Both the position numbers and the translations under genes were made by a program. From Chloroflexota bacterium (GTDB lineage: Bacteria; Chloroflexota; Anaerolineae; Aggregatilineales; J027): 64,000 nucleotides of DNA. The notes under the pieces are model-generated. The model had not been told where the DNA came from. It did no database searches and worked only from the letters and a program-made list of their open reading frames with translations. This document shows, in pieces, positions 37,901-46,553 of the stretch. Position 1 is the stretch's first letter, and every line of letters starts with the position of its first letter. Where the stretch lies: contig QMIT01000006.1 in the NCBI GenBank assembly GCA_024434115.1, positions 202,211 through 266,210 of the forward strand, read 5' to 3'.

Positions 37901-39005
37901 CGCCATGAACGAGCCGGAAAATGCGCTCTACTGGTATAACCAAGCCGATGTGTTGGTGCGCCTCAATCAATTTAATGAAGCCCTTACCCCCCTCAGCCGT
38001 TCCCTCCAAGCCGATCCGCGTTTTTATCGGGCATGGGGCAAACATGGACAGGTCTTGCGGCGGCTCAATCGTTTGGAAGAAGCCCTTGCCTCCTATACCC
38101 GTGCCGTTGAATTGGCCCCAGATTATGGATGGGCCTTAAACGGACGCGGCTTGGCGTTAAGTGCCCTCAATCGCCACCATGAAGCCTTGCAATGTTTCCA
38201 AAAGGCGGCAGAAATCCTGCCCGACGACATCTGGTTCTGGTACAACCAAGCCGATGAATACCTAGCGCTGGGCCGTTATGTCGAGGCGCTTGAACCCCTT
38301 GCCAGAGCCATCGAAATCAACCCCAATCATGTCGAAAGTTGGGCCAAGCGTGGTCAGATTTTGCGGCGATTAGGGCGCTTCAAAGATGCTGTGCAAGCCT
38401 ATGACCAAGCCCTTGCCATTGATAATAATTACGGCTGGGCATGGAACGGACGCGGCCTTGCTTTGGAGAGTATGGCGCGATTGGAAGAAGCCCTCGCCAG
38501 CTATGAACGCGCCGCCCAAGAAGAACCCAACAGCGTGTGGTATTGGATTAATCAAGTTCACCCGCTGCTCAATTTGGGGCGCAGTGAACAGGCCCTGCAC
38601 GTCGTAGATGAGGCCCTAAAAATTGACGCCAAAAATGAATCGGCATGGGCCAGACGTGGGCAAATTTTGCGCCGCCTAGACCGCTTTGAGGAAGCAATTG
38701 AAGCGTATCAAAAGGCGATTGAACTTGCGCCCAATTATGGCTGGGCATGGAATGGTATGGGGGCAGCGTTTGCGGCAATCGAAGACACAGCCCGCGCCCT
38801 CGAATGTTATGAAATGGCAACCTCCGTCACCCCGAATGACGCATGGTTCTGGCACGACTTGGGGGAAATGGTCATGACGCAAGGCCGTTATCGTGATGCC
38901 ATCAAAGCCTTTAACCGTGCCCTAGAGGTTGATGCCTCCCACGAAGCCTCGCGCCGCAAACGTGCCGAAGCCCGCCAAAAATTGGGTGATGATGATTTGG
39001 AATAA
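34920..39005 (+). CDS. Ser/Thr protein kinase fused to a ~22-repeat TPR array (1361 aa)
   Basis: Kinase motifs at aa ~300-570 (GGMGSVYLC, VAIKTF, HRDLKPGNIL, DFGLV, YMSPEQ), then continuous 34-aa TPRs to the C-terminus. Starts 9 nt after the clp-like gene. Confidence 0.88.
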   Translation: MIELPSVPQNGYKRLTLPDEESSRLLRRRRDADYTDLFATDPNPDVRELGRLILRRDLPYVGDYMELADVCARLSLQKVGNGSDPQLMIFYVGKTLQAYRKALTLDTTNPAIGESLSRYLQWLMRVARSLPTPRNIATTLWAAAEDIPGGSMVFTPAELERLLVWYVNPPTAKNPTPAPDTTPSPDLRMGLTQDALGESLESEVRPSPFAPRPPLGKKDKFEVETQGNLDEPALSMLSNMQVHLPPDETRSGESVSIDIEPSDAHQSMDAPPIIVRQKPDERDDFVNNGRIADRFEVKQKFSGGMGSVYLCYDPKDRIPVAIKTFQSKFLNNERAVTRFTHEALTWIRLEKHRHIVQALKVQKWNGRPYIILEHISGPEGLGPDLRSWIDHNRLDLETAITFGLQIALGMQHAIQKMPDMVHRDLKPGNILVHHDMIAKVTDFGLVRSLDFDDLPDDNSDAADGHQRLTRVGAVVGTAPYMSPEQCRSVELDLRSDIYAFGCVLYEMLARQTVFTAASFPEWARAHNQQKPKLPDDLPFVIPRSVQALLMSCLEKSPDNRPQTWGELANSLARLVEQITGKPPEIEISGPALEVNDLLDKAYSLTELGYLNEALATYDRALALDSNSPHTWSRKARALRIANRNEEALEAVNRALEINPRFGWAWMVKGQILERLGQLERALAAHETAAEIKPGDVHVWYNQAIVLFTLGRWQDALNRLDNALNIDPLHESSWAKRGQVLRAQGQYLQGLNAYNRALELTPNFAWAWNGKGLCLKALGRLDEAFEAFQQAAVYQPDDVWHWYNQAETLVDLGRYKDAMEVAQQAIKVQADHSYSWAKLAQVFRYLERYEDSLKAYDRAIELNPTYAWAINGKGIVLERLRRFDEAQQAYRQAAELYPDDVWHWYNQGNLLVLQERFQEAITVLERAVKVNSQHARSWARLGNAHRRLGDDKTALVYLDRALKLDPAYAWAWNEKGVAFESAGKLQEALDAYKRAAMNEPENALYWYNQADVLVRLNQFNEALTPLSRSLQADPRFYRAWGKHGQVLRRLNRLEEALASYTRAVELAPDYGWALNGRGLALSALNRHHEALQCFQKAAEILPDDIWFWYNQADEYLALGRYVEALEPLARAIEINPNHVESWAKRGQILRRLGRFKDAVQAYDQALAIDNNYGWAWNGRGLALESMARLEEALASYERAAQEEPNSVWYWINQVHPLLNLGRSEQALHVVDEALKIDAKNESAWARRGQILRRLDRFEEAIEAYQKAIELAPNYGWAWNGMGAAFAAIEDTARALECYEMATSVTPNDAWFWHDLGEMVMTQGRYRDAIKAFNRALEVDASHEASRRKRAEARQKLGDDDLE

Positions 39006-39016
39006 AGGAAAATCCT

Positions 39017-39406
39017 ATGTTCAAACAAGTGACCGTGACCCTCATGAGTGGGCCGCGTGATGGCACGATTTTGGCCTTTCCACTCCCAAAAGATTTCCCG
39101 ATGAGTTCTCTCGTCTTGACCATTGGACGACGAGAAGGGTTAGACATCAGCTTGGAATATGATAGTCAGGTCTCGCGCCTGCACGCCCATTTAATGTTTG
39201 ATGGTGAACAATTCTGGCTAGAAGATACCGGCAGTCGCAACGGCACGTTTATTGGTGAAGAGCGCCTCCCAGCCAATGAACGCCGACCCGTTTTGCCCGA
39301 CATGATGTTTCGCGTAGGGCGTACATGGATGCGGCTCGACCCTCTACCTACCGATGTGACTGCCCCCGCCGACCCCATCAATCCTGATGACGGCACATTG
39401 TTTTAG
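39017..39406 (+). CDS. FHA domain protein
   Basis: 129 aa. FHA core (LTIGRREGLDISLEYDSQVSRLHAHLMFDGEQFWLEDTGSRNGTFI). AAGGA SD 11 nt after the kinase stop. Confidence 0.85.
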   Translation: MFKQVTVTLMSGPRDGTILAFPLPKDFPMSSLVLTIGRREGLDISLEYDSQVSRLHAHLMFDGEQFWLEDTGSRNGTFIGEERLPANERRPVLPDMMFRVGRTWMRLDPLPTDVTAPADPINPDDGTLF

Positions 39407-39415
39407 GCGAAAGCG

Positions 39416-40864
39416 CTAACCCCCGAAGCGACGTGGTGGCTCTGCGGTGGGGGTAAACGAGGGTTGCGGTGTCCAAGTCGCGCTTGGGGTTGCGGTATGG
39501 GTCGCGGCAGCAGCGGTCTGAGTTACAAAATCAGCTTGGCGCGTCGCTTCAATGTCCAACTGTAAGGTGGCGGTTGAGGCCGATGGGTTGTCCACCTCGT
39601 CATCGTCATTCAATAGGAACGCCAACCCCAACAGGATGACCGCCACAATCGGCGCAAGTGCAATCATCACCAATGTACGCCGCGAGAAGCGTGGTTTGGG
39701 TAATAAAGCGGGTGGACGCCGCACAGTTTCCGCCGGGGCATCCACAATATACACCGTGAGCCAATCCGCCTGAATCCCCGCCGAAAAAGAATATTCCCCC
39801 TGCTCGTTGGTCTGCACGATTCCCAGATATTCCAAACCGCGCAGAGCCGCCGCCAACTGAACCGAGTTCAGCGGGTAATCGGTTTTGCTGAGCCATTCAC
39901 GCAGACCATCCGCCGCAAAATGCTCATGGGGGTTATGTTTGCGTAAATCGAGCAATGCTGTGAGCGCCAAGCGTTCATTCGGGCGGATATGCTCCCATAA
40001 AGGCCGGACAATATCACCTGCCTGCTCCAACGCCGCCGGATAGACCGCCTCAATATCCACCATCGCAATCGTCGAGACCCGCCGTTCCTGCTCGTATAGA
40101 CGATAGATCAAACGGCAGATAGAATGCAGATGAAAGGGATGCCCCCCTGCCAATTCCAATACCCGACGCAATGCAGGCGGCTCAAATGCGTAGAATTCTT
40201 TAACTGGTTCGGTGACAACCGCCTCTGCAATTTCGGGGGTGAGATTGGTCAGCCGGTGATGAAATTGGGCATTATCAAAAGGGGCGGTTTGCAAAGCACG
40301 GGTTTCATAGGTGATGTCGAGCGCCGCAATCATATTGAGACGGTCATAACGATCTAACAGCACCGATAAAAACGTCATCAAATGGGCGGGCAGGTTTCCG
40401 GTGTCCATCGCATCAAACAACAAATGCACATCATCAAACATCAGCACCAGATGGCGCGAACGTCGGATGGCGGCCAACACCACTTCCAGATATTCCCCTG
40501 CCAGCCAATCCAATAAATCTACGTCCGCCGCGTCAGGAAAAGACGGCAGGCGCAAGGTGCTGGCTTCAATGACCTCCAACATAGCGCGGATTTGATCTAC
40601 CACAGCAGCAATAAACCCGCTCACATCATCCAATTCGACTTGGTTCAGGTCAATATAGACACACACAAAGCGTTCATCAATATTAAGCGGGACTTGCGAT
40701 AACAGTGAACTTTTGCCCATGCCGCGCTGCCCAAAAATCGTGACGGCATGACGATTTGTCCCACTGACCAGATGAAGCTGAATCGCTGCCAGTGTTTCTT
40801 CCCGCCCATAAAATAATAGGGGATCGCTGGTGGGTTGCAGCGGATTATAGGGATTTTCACTCAT
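39416..40864 (-). CDS. Membrane-anchored P-loop NTPase (AAA/STAND-like) with a Pro/Thr-rich tail
   Basis: Walker A GQRGMGKSSLL and Walker B LVLMFDDVH, a helical/winged-helix-like middle, one TM (LVMIALAPIVAVILLGLAFLL), then a T/P/A-rich tail. Convergent with the FHA gene (9-nt gap). Confidence 0.7.
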   Translation of the reverse strand: MSENPYNPLQPTSDPLLFYGREETLAAIQLHLVSGTNRHAVTIFGQRGMGKSSLLSQVPLNIDERFVCVYIDLNQVELDDVSGFIAAVVDQIRAMLEVIEASTLRLPSFPDAADVDLLDWLAGEYLEVVLAAIRRSRHLVLMFDDVHLLFDAMDTGNLPAHLMTFLSVLLDRYDRLNMIAALDITYETRALQTAPFDNAQFHHRLTNLTPEIAEAVVTEPVKEFYAFEPPALRRVLELAGGHPFHLHSICRLIYRLYEQERRVSTIAMVDIEAVYPAALEQAGDIVRPLWEHIRPNERLALTALLDLRKHNPHEHFAADGLREWLSKTDYPLNSVQLAAALRGLEYLGIVQTNEQGEYSFSAGIQADWLTVYIVDAPAETVRRPPALLPKPRFSRRTLVMIALAPIVAVILLGLAFLLNDDDEVDNPSASTATLQLDIEATRQADFVTQTAAAATHTATPSATWTPQPSFTPTAEPPRRFGG

Positions 40865-41008
40865 GGAGAAGTCCTAAAGTTTAAGAAATGCGCCCAGAAT
40901 TTTACGGCCAGATTACACACTTTTTACAGCGCTTGACGCTTTGGTTACATTCGCCAGTTAGCATAAAAAGCATCGGAATGTAATGAAACCAAACAGAGGA
41001 TACCCTCC

Positions 41009-41476
41009 ATGAAACTCACCCGCAAGATGATGATTATGCTCGTAATGATTGGCATACTCGCAGCAATGGCCCTCCCCGCCTTTGCCCAAAGTGGCACACG
41101 CAGCAAGACCGTGACCGAAGAAACCATTAATGCGTTCTACCGCGTAAGCAACCCCTATCGTAGTCGAGTCAGCAACTTATCGGTGGATTTACAAGCGGGG
41201 CAGGTCGTCATTAGCTCAACCCATAATTTCCGCAATGCCAGCTATGACACCGTGACCACCATCACCCCCACCGTCAGCAATGGCCGTGTCACATGGTCGG
41301 TGCTTTCGGCAACCACCAATGGCGAACCCGTCTCCGCCGATTTGCTGGCCCAAATTAATGCGTCTATTGCATCTTCATGGCGCAATTTCATCAAAAATCA
41401 GGCAGGTACGGGCCGCGTGACCAGTATCGTCATCACCGACACCGACATCACCTATACCTTTGAATCCCGGCGCTAA
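41009..41476 (+). CDS. Secreted hypothetical protein
   Basis: Signal peptide (MMIMLVMIGILAAMALPAFA) and a 155-aa Ser/Thr/Asn-rich body. No family recognised. Confidence 0.6.
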   Translation: MKLTRKMMIMLVMIGILAAMALPAFAQSGTRSKTVTEETINAFYRVSNPYRSRVSNLSVDLQAGQVVISSTHNFRNASYDTVTTITPTVSNGRVTWSVLSATTNGEPVSADLLAQINASIASSWRNFIKNQAGTGRVTSIVITDTDITYTFESRR

Positions 41477-41518
41477 ATCGGCTGAGTCCAACCGTAGTTA
41501 ACTGAAAACGGCCTATTG

Positions 41519-41765
41519 AAGCCCCTCTCCATGCAATGGTTGATGGAGGGACACTTTTTGCGAAAGGCCATCCGCAAGCGAATTTCAGCTGGTTGACCTC
41601 ACCCCCCGGCCCCCTTGTATGTTAGAGGCAGGCGAGGGGGAGTCGGAAACGCTGTATTCAAGCCCCTCTCACGTGGGAGAGGGGTTGGGGGTGAGGTTGG
41701 TTTTCCTGCGCCACCCCAAAAGTGTCCCCCCGCCAACATGCAATGGGGAGGGGTTGGGGGTGGGG
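41519..41765. repeat. Cluster of four GC-rich palindromic repeat units (CCCCTCTCC-loop-GGAGAGGGG-TTGGGGGTGAGG family)
   Basis: Units at ~41519-41551, 41597-41640 (inverted orientation), 41663-41696 and 41725-41765. The track ORF 41615..41800 (PLSRGRGVGGEV...) is just their translation. Confidence 0.75.
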
Positions 41766-41793
41766 ATGATTCAACGAATTTAAATATTAAAGA

Positions 41794-41810
41794 GCTTTAG
41801 CCCCGTGTGA
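41794..41810 (+). repeat. Copy D (3' half) of the CTAAATTCAGCACGG-hairpin repeat family
   Basis: GCTTTAGCCCCGTGTGA matches the 3' half of copy B. GATTCAAC at 41768-41775 resembles the 5' tail of copy C. It lies 5 nt from the M16 peptidase stop. Confidence 0.45.
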
Positions 41811-41814
41811 GATT

Positions 41815-43191
41815 TTATCTGGCGCGATGTCGGGGACGAAACGACAGCCGTACCGCCGCACTCAGCATCCCAAAAGCCGCCACCGCCGCCAGTGGCTTAA
41901 GTCGGCGGGGGGTGACAACCGGACGGTGTTCAACATAGAAGCGTTTTTGTGGCGCGAAATATTGCCCTGCGATTCGTTTGACCTCATCCGGTGTTAAACG
42001 CGAAATTTCGGCAAAATAATCGGGGATAGGCGTCGAATCATTGCGGGTGGCAAGGGCATCCGTCGAAAGCCACCACGCCAACTCCATATTATCCTGCAAA
42101 TTCAGCAGTGCCCGCCCCCGGAGTGAGGCTTGGGCCTCCGCCAATTCTTCCGTCGTAAAATCGCCATGCACCAAGCGATCAAGGTGTTTTTCGATAATCT
42201 GGCGAATCCTCTCAAAATCCTCAATGTTGGCCGAGGTGTACACGCAAAAATAGCCTGTATCGGTATACAGCACGGTAAACACATTGACCCCATACGTCAG
42301 GCCGAGTTCAAAACGGATGTCGCGCATACAGGCGTTTTCAAGGATTTCTTCAATAATCCACCAACCAAAACGATCCGGGTGTTCGGCATAATCCAACAAC
42401 ACCCCAATCAACAACTGCCCCTGCTCATTTGGGGATGGGCCATGCAGCCGAACATCAAACGAATTGGGCACAACCCGCACGCGGGGATGGGTTGGCGGGA
42501 AGGGTCGCGCCGGAATATCCCCAAACGTTTTCTGCGCCAAATCGAAAGCGGCTTGGGGTTCAATATCCCCGACCACGATCAATGTAACATTATTGGGGAC
42601 ATAATAGCGCCGATAATAATCCACCAATTCCTGATGGGTAATCGCGTTGAGCGTCTTATCCCGCCCGATGATAGACAGCAACAGTGAGGAATCGGGATAG
42701 ATGCGCCGCCGAATAGCCCGTGCAACATGCCACCCCCAATTGTGATCTTCAATCCACTCCCATACCGTTTGCAGCAGGTCAAATTCGCCGCCTTTTTCAT
42801 TGATAATCACTTGCCGTTCTTTTTCAAATTTTTCCGGCAGTAGGGTCGGCTTAAACACCAATTGATACAGCCAGTCCAACCCAAATGCAGCATCCTGTGC
42901 CGCGACATGGATATGAAAGTTGGTAGATTCGCGCGAGGTATGGGCATTGACTTCCCCACCCCGCCGCCGCACTACATCTGTCACCTCGGATTCGGCCCAA
43001 CGTTCCGTCCCCGTAAACACCATATGTTCCAGAAAATGACTGATGCCGTTGTTGTGTTTATTTTCCGTGCGTGATCCGACAGGCAGTTGGGCCATCATCG
43101 CCACCGTGCCCGTGTTGGGGCGTGGGATACACCAAACCCGCATTCCATTGGCTAAGGTGTGACGATGGAGTTGAAAATAGGGGGTTTCCAA
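41815..43191 (-). CDS. M16 (pitrilysin/insulinase) family zinc peptidase
   Basis: Inverted zinc motif HFLEHMVF, downstream Glu (E...NAHTS region) and a two-lobe size. The hydrophobic C-terminal segment (LAAVAAFGMLSAAV) suggests a membrane anchor. TTG start uncertain. Confidence 0.85.
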   Translation of the reverse strand: METPYFQLHRHTLANGMRVWCIPRPNTGTVAMMAQLPVGSRTENKHNNGISHFLEHMVFTGTERWAESEVTDVVRRRGGEVNAHTSRESTNFHIHVAAQDAAFGLDWLYQLVFKPTLLPEKFEKERQVIINEKGGEFDLLQTVWEWIEDHNWGWHVARAIRRRIYPDSSLLLSIIGRDKTLNAITHQELVDYYRRYYVPNNVTLIVVGDIEPQAAFDLAQKTFGDIPARPFPPTHPRVRVVPNSFDVRLHGPSPNEQGQLLIGVLLDYAEHPDRFGWWIIEEILENACMRDIRFELGLTYGVNVFTVLYTDTGYFCVYTSANIEDFERIRQIIEKHLDRLVHGDFTTEELAEAQASLRGRALLNLQDNMELAWWLSTDALATRNDSTPIPDYFAEISRLTPDEVKRIAGQYFAPQKRFYVEHRPVVTPRRLKPLAAVAAFGMLSAAVRLSFRPRHRAR

Positions 43192-43295
43192 AGAGGATAC
43201 AACCTTGCAGAACTAGATGGACAATAACAAATTCCGGCTTAAATAAGCTGTTTTCGATTTAGGCGGCCAATGAAAACGGTAACAACTTTCTCAGC

Positions 43296-43328
43296 CTAAC
43301 TTCAGCGCGGCGGATTCATCCTCGCGTG
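43296..43328 (+). repeat. Copy F of the CTAAATTCAGCACGG-hairpin repeat family (with compensatory changes)
   Basis: CTAACTTCAG-CGCGG-C-GGA-TTCA-TCC-TCGCG: 25/33 identical to copy B, with both stems maintained by paired substitutions. Confidence 0.6.
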
Positions 43329-43391
43329 CCAAGATCAGATTTTTGAAAAGGGCGATTTTTTGGGAAACCGCCCCATTAAAATTGACGCTAT

Positions 43392-43907
43392 TTACGCTTC
43401 GGTGATCTCAATCGAGATGAGTTTATCGCCGGGGTTGCGGTCACTCATGGGGTCACGCTCACGAATGGCATTGACCACATCCATGCCGCCGACCACCCGA
43501 CCAAAAACGCCGTGTTTGCCATCCAAATGCGGGGTCGCCACATGCGTAATGAAAAATTGACTGCCATTGGTATTGGGGCCAGCGTTCGCCATGCTAAGTG
43601 TCCCCGGCCCTTCATGTTTCAAACGCAGTGCACCCGGTTCGTCGTTAAATTTGTAGCCGGGGCCACCACGACCTGTAGCCGTCGGATCGCCACCCTGCAC
43701 CATAAATTTCTTAATGACGCGATGAAAGGTGGTGTCATTGTAATAGCCTTCGCGGGCCAAAAAGACAAAGTTATTCACCGTAATCGGTGCTTCTTTGGCA
43801 AACAGTTCTATCACAATATCCCCACGTTCGGTTTTGAAAGTGGCGGTATATTTCTTCTCAGGGTCAATTTGCAGCGCTGGTGGTGCGGAATATTGTTTCG
43901 CAGCCAT
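43392..43907 (-). CDS. ppiB: Peptidyl-prolyl cis-trans isomerase, cyclophilin type
   Basis: Cyclophilin signature ([15 protein letters not shown] ... [19 protein letters not shown]). Confidence 0.92.
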   Translation of the reverse strand: MAAKQYSAPPALQIDPEKKYTATFKTERGDIVIELFAKEAPITVNNFVFLAREGYYNDTTFHRVIKKFMVQGGDPTATGRGGPGYKFNDEPGALRLKHEGPGTLSMANAGPNTNGSQFFITHVATPHLDGKHGVFGRVVGGMDVVNAIRERDPMSDRNPGDKLISIEITEA

Positions 43908-43995
43908 GTTTTTCTCCTTGTCTGGTTATCTGGTTTTTGCAGATGCACGTAGTTTACACTAAACGAGCAGGGGCGTATACCCTTACCCTTTTACT

Positions 43996-45363
43996 TTACT
44001 GCCCTGCCGCAAAATGCCCCATCAGCGCGGCGGTCAGGTGCATGGCGTCAAAATAATCCTGCACAAAAATATTCTCATTGGGTGCATGGGCACGGGCATG
44101 AGGATGCCATGTCGCCCCTGCTGAAATAACCGGAATTCCCAACATCACACTCAGCGGATACATTGGCCCACTGCCCGCGAACCACGGCGAGATAATTGGC
44201 TCATGCCCAAACACATCTTGGCAAGCGGCAATCGCAGCCCGGCGCACCAAGCTGTCCTGTGGTTCCATCGCGGGTTCTTCCCCACCCAACAGCGTCAGTG
44301 AAATATCATGAAAACCGCGTGCATCGAGATGGCTGCGAATAAGGTCTTGAACCAAGTGGGGAGTGAGATTTGGCACGAGACGGCAGTCGAGTTTGACCAT
44401 CGCTTCGGCGGGCAAAACCGTCTTAGTCCCCTCACCCTTATAGCCGCTATCAAATCCACAGATCGTCAAGGTGGGTCCCAGCATATAACGACGCAGGGCG
44501 GTCTTATCGTCCATATCATTCAGCCAATGCTCAAGGCCAACCCGCTGGCGGATTTTTTCACTTTCAAATGGCAGGTCATCAATGCGCTCAATCACCCAAT
44601 CGGGCATCTGCCGGACATGCTCCATATAACCGTCAATCGTGATTTTGTCACGCTCATTTTTCATCGTGCTGAGTGCCCATACCAACCGCCATGCCGGATT
44701 GGGGACAATCGGGGCAATCGAAGAATGTTGGTCATAGGCCGCACCCTTGCTGCGCAGTTCAAAATACGCGATACCTTTGCAGCCCTCCGCCATTGAATTT
44801 TTGCCCGTCTCATCCCGTCCGCCGCCTTCCCACAGCAGACCATCCGCCCCCAAAATATTGCGGTGTGTTTCAGCCCACGCTGGCAGGTTGATACTACCGA
44901 TTTCTTCCTCGCCCTCAAACACAAACTTGATTTTGACGGGTAGCTCGCCCTGTGTGGCCTGCCATGTTTCAATCGCTTGGATACGGGCCAACAATTCGCC
45001 CTTGTCATCCACCACTCCCCGCCCGAACAACGTACCTTCGCGCAAGGTCAGTTCAAAAGGCGATGTCTCCCATTGTTCCAGCGGTTCTTCCGGTTGCACA
45101 TCATAATGGTTATAAACCAGCAGCGTCCGTTCACCTGTGCCGATTTCCCCAAAGATCACCGGACTGCCCCCATTCGGAAGCTCGAATTTTTTCACCGCCG
45201 CACCGATTTTTTCCAATCGGGCCACCACCCAATCGGCACATTCATGGATGCCGCGTTTTTGGGCCGCCACGCTGGGGAATGCGATAATTTGCCTAAGTTC
45301 ATCCAGAAACCGTTCACGATGGGTATCAAGGTAGGTCTGGAATGCGTTCTGGTTATAGACCAT
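43996..45363 (-). CDS. M20-family metallopeptidase (dipeptidase/ArgE-DapE-like)
   Basis: 455 aa. M20 metal-ligand context (YNHYDVQP, GRGVVDDKG, FEGEEEIGS) and a dimerisation-domain-sized insert. Confidence 0.85.
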   Translation of the reverse strand: MVYNQNAFQTYLDTHRERFLDELRQIIAFPSVAAQKRGIHECADWVVARLEKIGAAVKKFELPNGGSPVIFGEIGTGERTLLVYNHYDVQPEEPLEQWETSPFELTLREGTLFGRGVVDDKGELLARIQAIETWQATQGELPVKIKFVFEGEEEIGSINLPAWAETHRNILGADGLLWEGGGRDETGKNSMAEGCKGIAYFELRSKGAAYDQHSSIAPIVPNPAWRLVWALSTMKNERDKITIDGYMEHVRQMPDWVIERIDDLPFESEKIRQRVGLEHWLNDMDDKTALRRYMLGPTLTICGFDSGYKGEGTKTVLPAEAMVKLDCRLVPNLTPHLVQDLIRSHLDARGFHDISLTLLGGEEPAMEPQDSLVRRAAIAACQDVFGHEPIISPWFAGSGPMYPLSVMLGIPVISAGATWHPHARAHAPNENIFVQDYFDAMHLTAALMGHFAAGQ

Positions 45364-45489
45364 TGCTTAAAGGGCCTTTCTGAATGGATGTTGTGATAGG
45401 TCGAGATTATAACGCGCCAATGGATTTGCAGGGCACTTATTCAAAGCCTTAAAATGGAACAGGGGGAAATCAATTAGGGAGAAATTTTC

Positions 45490-46542
45490 ATGTCCAAACG
45501 GTTTGCTATTTTGCTGGTTTTAAGCATCGGGCTAGGGTTTGGTTTAATCGGCATGGGTTTGGCGACCCCCCATCAGATCGCCTTCATGAGCGCGGCCCAA
45601 ATCACGCCTAGCAATTCCCTCACCGTACTACCCCCGACTTCAACCATCACGCTCACGCCTTCAATCACCCCTATTCCACCGACCAGTACACCAACCCCCA
45701 CTTGGACACCGACGCTAACGCCATTTCCCGACGATCATGAGCTTTTCGTGTATGTTTCAGACAGGAGTGGCTATCGGGAACTCTATCTACACGATTTGGA
45801 TACCGGGGTAGAGCGTCAGCTAACGAATAATTTTGGGTTATCGGTAGATGCCCCCTCACTCTCGCCAGATCGAGCATGGGTTGTGTATGAAGAACTCCTC
45901 CACGAGTCTTTTTTGGTAATGACCAATATGAGCGCGACCTATGAACAAGCCCTATCATGGGAAGTCATTGATTTTCTGGAATACAGCCAATGGGGGCCAG
46001 CATGGTCACTAGACGGCACACAAATCGCTCTGCATTCAGATCAGTATGGCAATTCGGATATTTTCATCATGAATCCAGAGACCTACGAGGTGGTACAAGT
46101 GACGACCAATTCCGAAGCCGATGCCTATGCTGCTTGGTCACCCGATGGCACGCAGCTGGTCTATCAATGTACAGTCAACGAAGGGCGTGAAATCTGCGTC
46201 ATTGATGTAACGGGCAACAACCTCGTACAACTCACCGACAATGATCGCTTCGACGGCCTGCCGGATTGGTCACCCGATGGCACGCAAATCGTCTTTGCCT
46301 CCACCCGCGACGAGGAAAAAGAAGAACTGTATATCATGAATGTGGACGGCAGCGATGTGCGGCGTTTAACCAATTTGCCTGACAGTGTGGAAACCGACCC
46401 CAAATGGTCGCCAGACGGGGAACATATTTTATTTGAATCGAACGCGGGTGGAGACTACGAAATTTGTATGATTCGCGCCGATGGGGGTAATCTTGAATGC
46501 CTAACCGACAATCATGTAGATGACCGTTCTGCCGATTGGTAA
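45490..46542 (+). CDS. TolB-like PD40/WD40 beta-propeller repeat protein (secreted or membrane anchored)
   Basis: N-terminal TM/signal, PT-rich linker, then repeated ...WSPDGTQ(I/L)V(F/Y)... PD40 motifs (at least 5). Confidence 0.8.
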   Translation: MSKRFAILLVLSIGLGFGLIGMGLATPHQIAFMSAAQITPSNSLTVLPPTSTITLTPSITPIPPTSTPTPTWTPTLTPFPDDHELFVYVSDRSGYRELYLHDLDTGVERQLTNNFGLSVDAPSLSPDRAWVVYEELLHESFLVMTNMSATYEQALSWEVIDFLEYSQWGPAWSLDGTQIALHSDQYGNSDIFIMNPETYEVVQVTTNSEADAYAAWSPDGTQLVYQCTVNEGREICVIDVTGNNLVQLTDNDRFDGLPDWSPDGTQIVFASTRDEEKEELYIMNVDGSDVRRLTNLPDSVETDPKWSPDGEHILFESNAGGDYEICMIRADGGNLECLTDNHVDDRSADW

Positions 46543-46553
46543 ACCCGAAAAAA

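Noticed and set aside
36687-38970. Periodic DNA that could be mistaken for a repeat or CRISPR-like array
   Set aside because: The periodicity is 102/306 bp, it lies within one long intact ORF, and it corresponds to diverged TPR codons. There are no identical short direct repeats with unique spacers.
41615-41800. 61-aa plus-strand ORF (MYVRGRRGGVGNAVFKPLSRGRGVGGEVGF...)
   Set aside because: It lies entirely within the GC-rich palindromic repeat cluster. The Gly/Arg-rich peptide is the usual translation artefact of the GGGGTGAGG-type repeats.
43959-43986. Possible seventh copy of the CTAAATTCAGCACGG repeat (CTAAACGAGCAGGGGCGTATACCCTT) downstream of the M20 gene
   Set aside because: It needs gaps to align and the hairpin is only 4 bp. 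It is mentioned in the repeat finding but is too degenerate to call as a feature.
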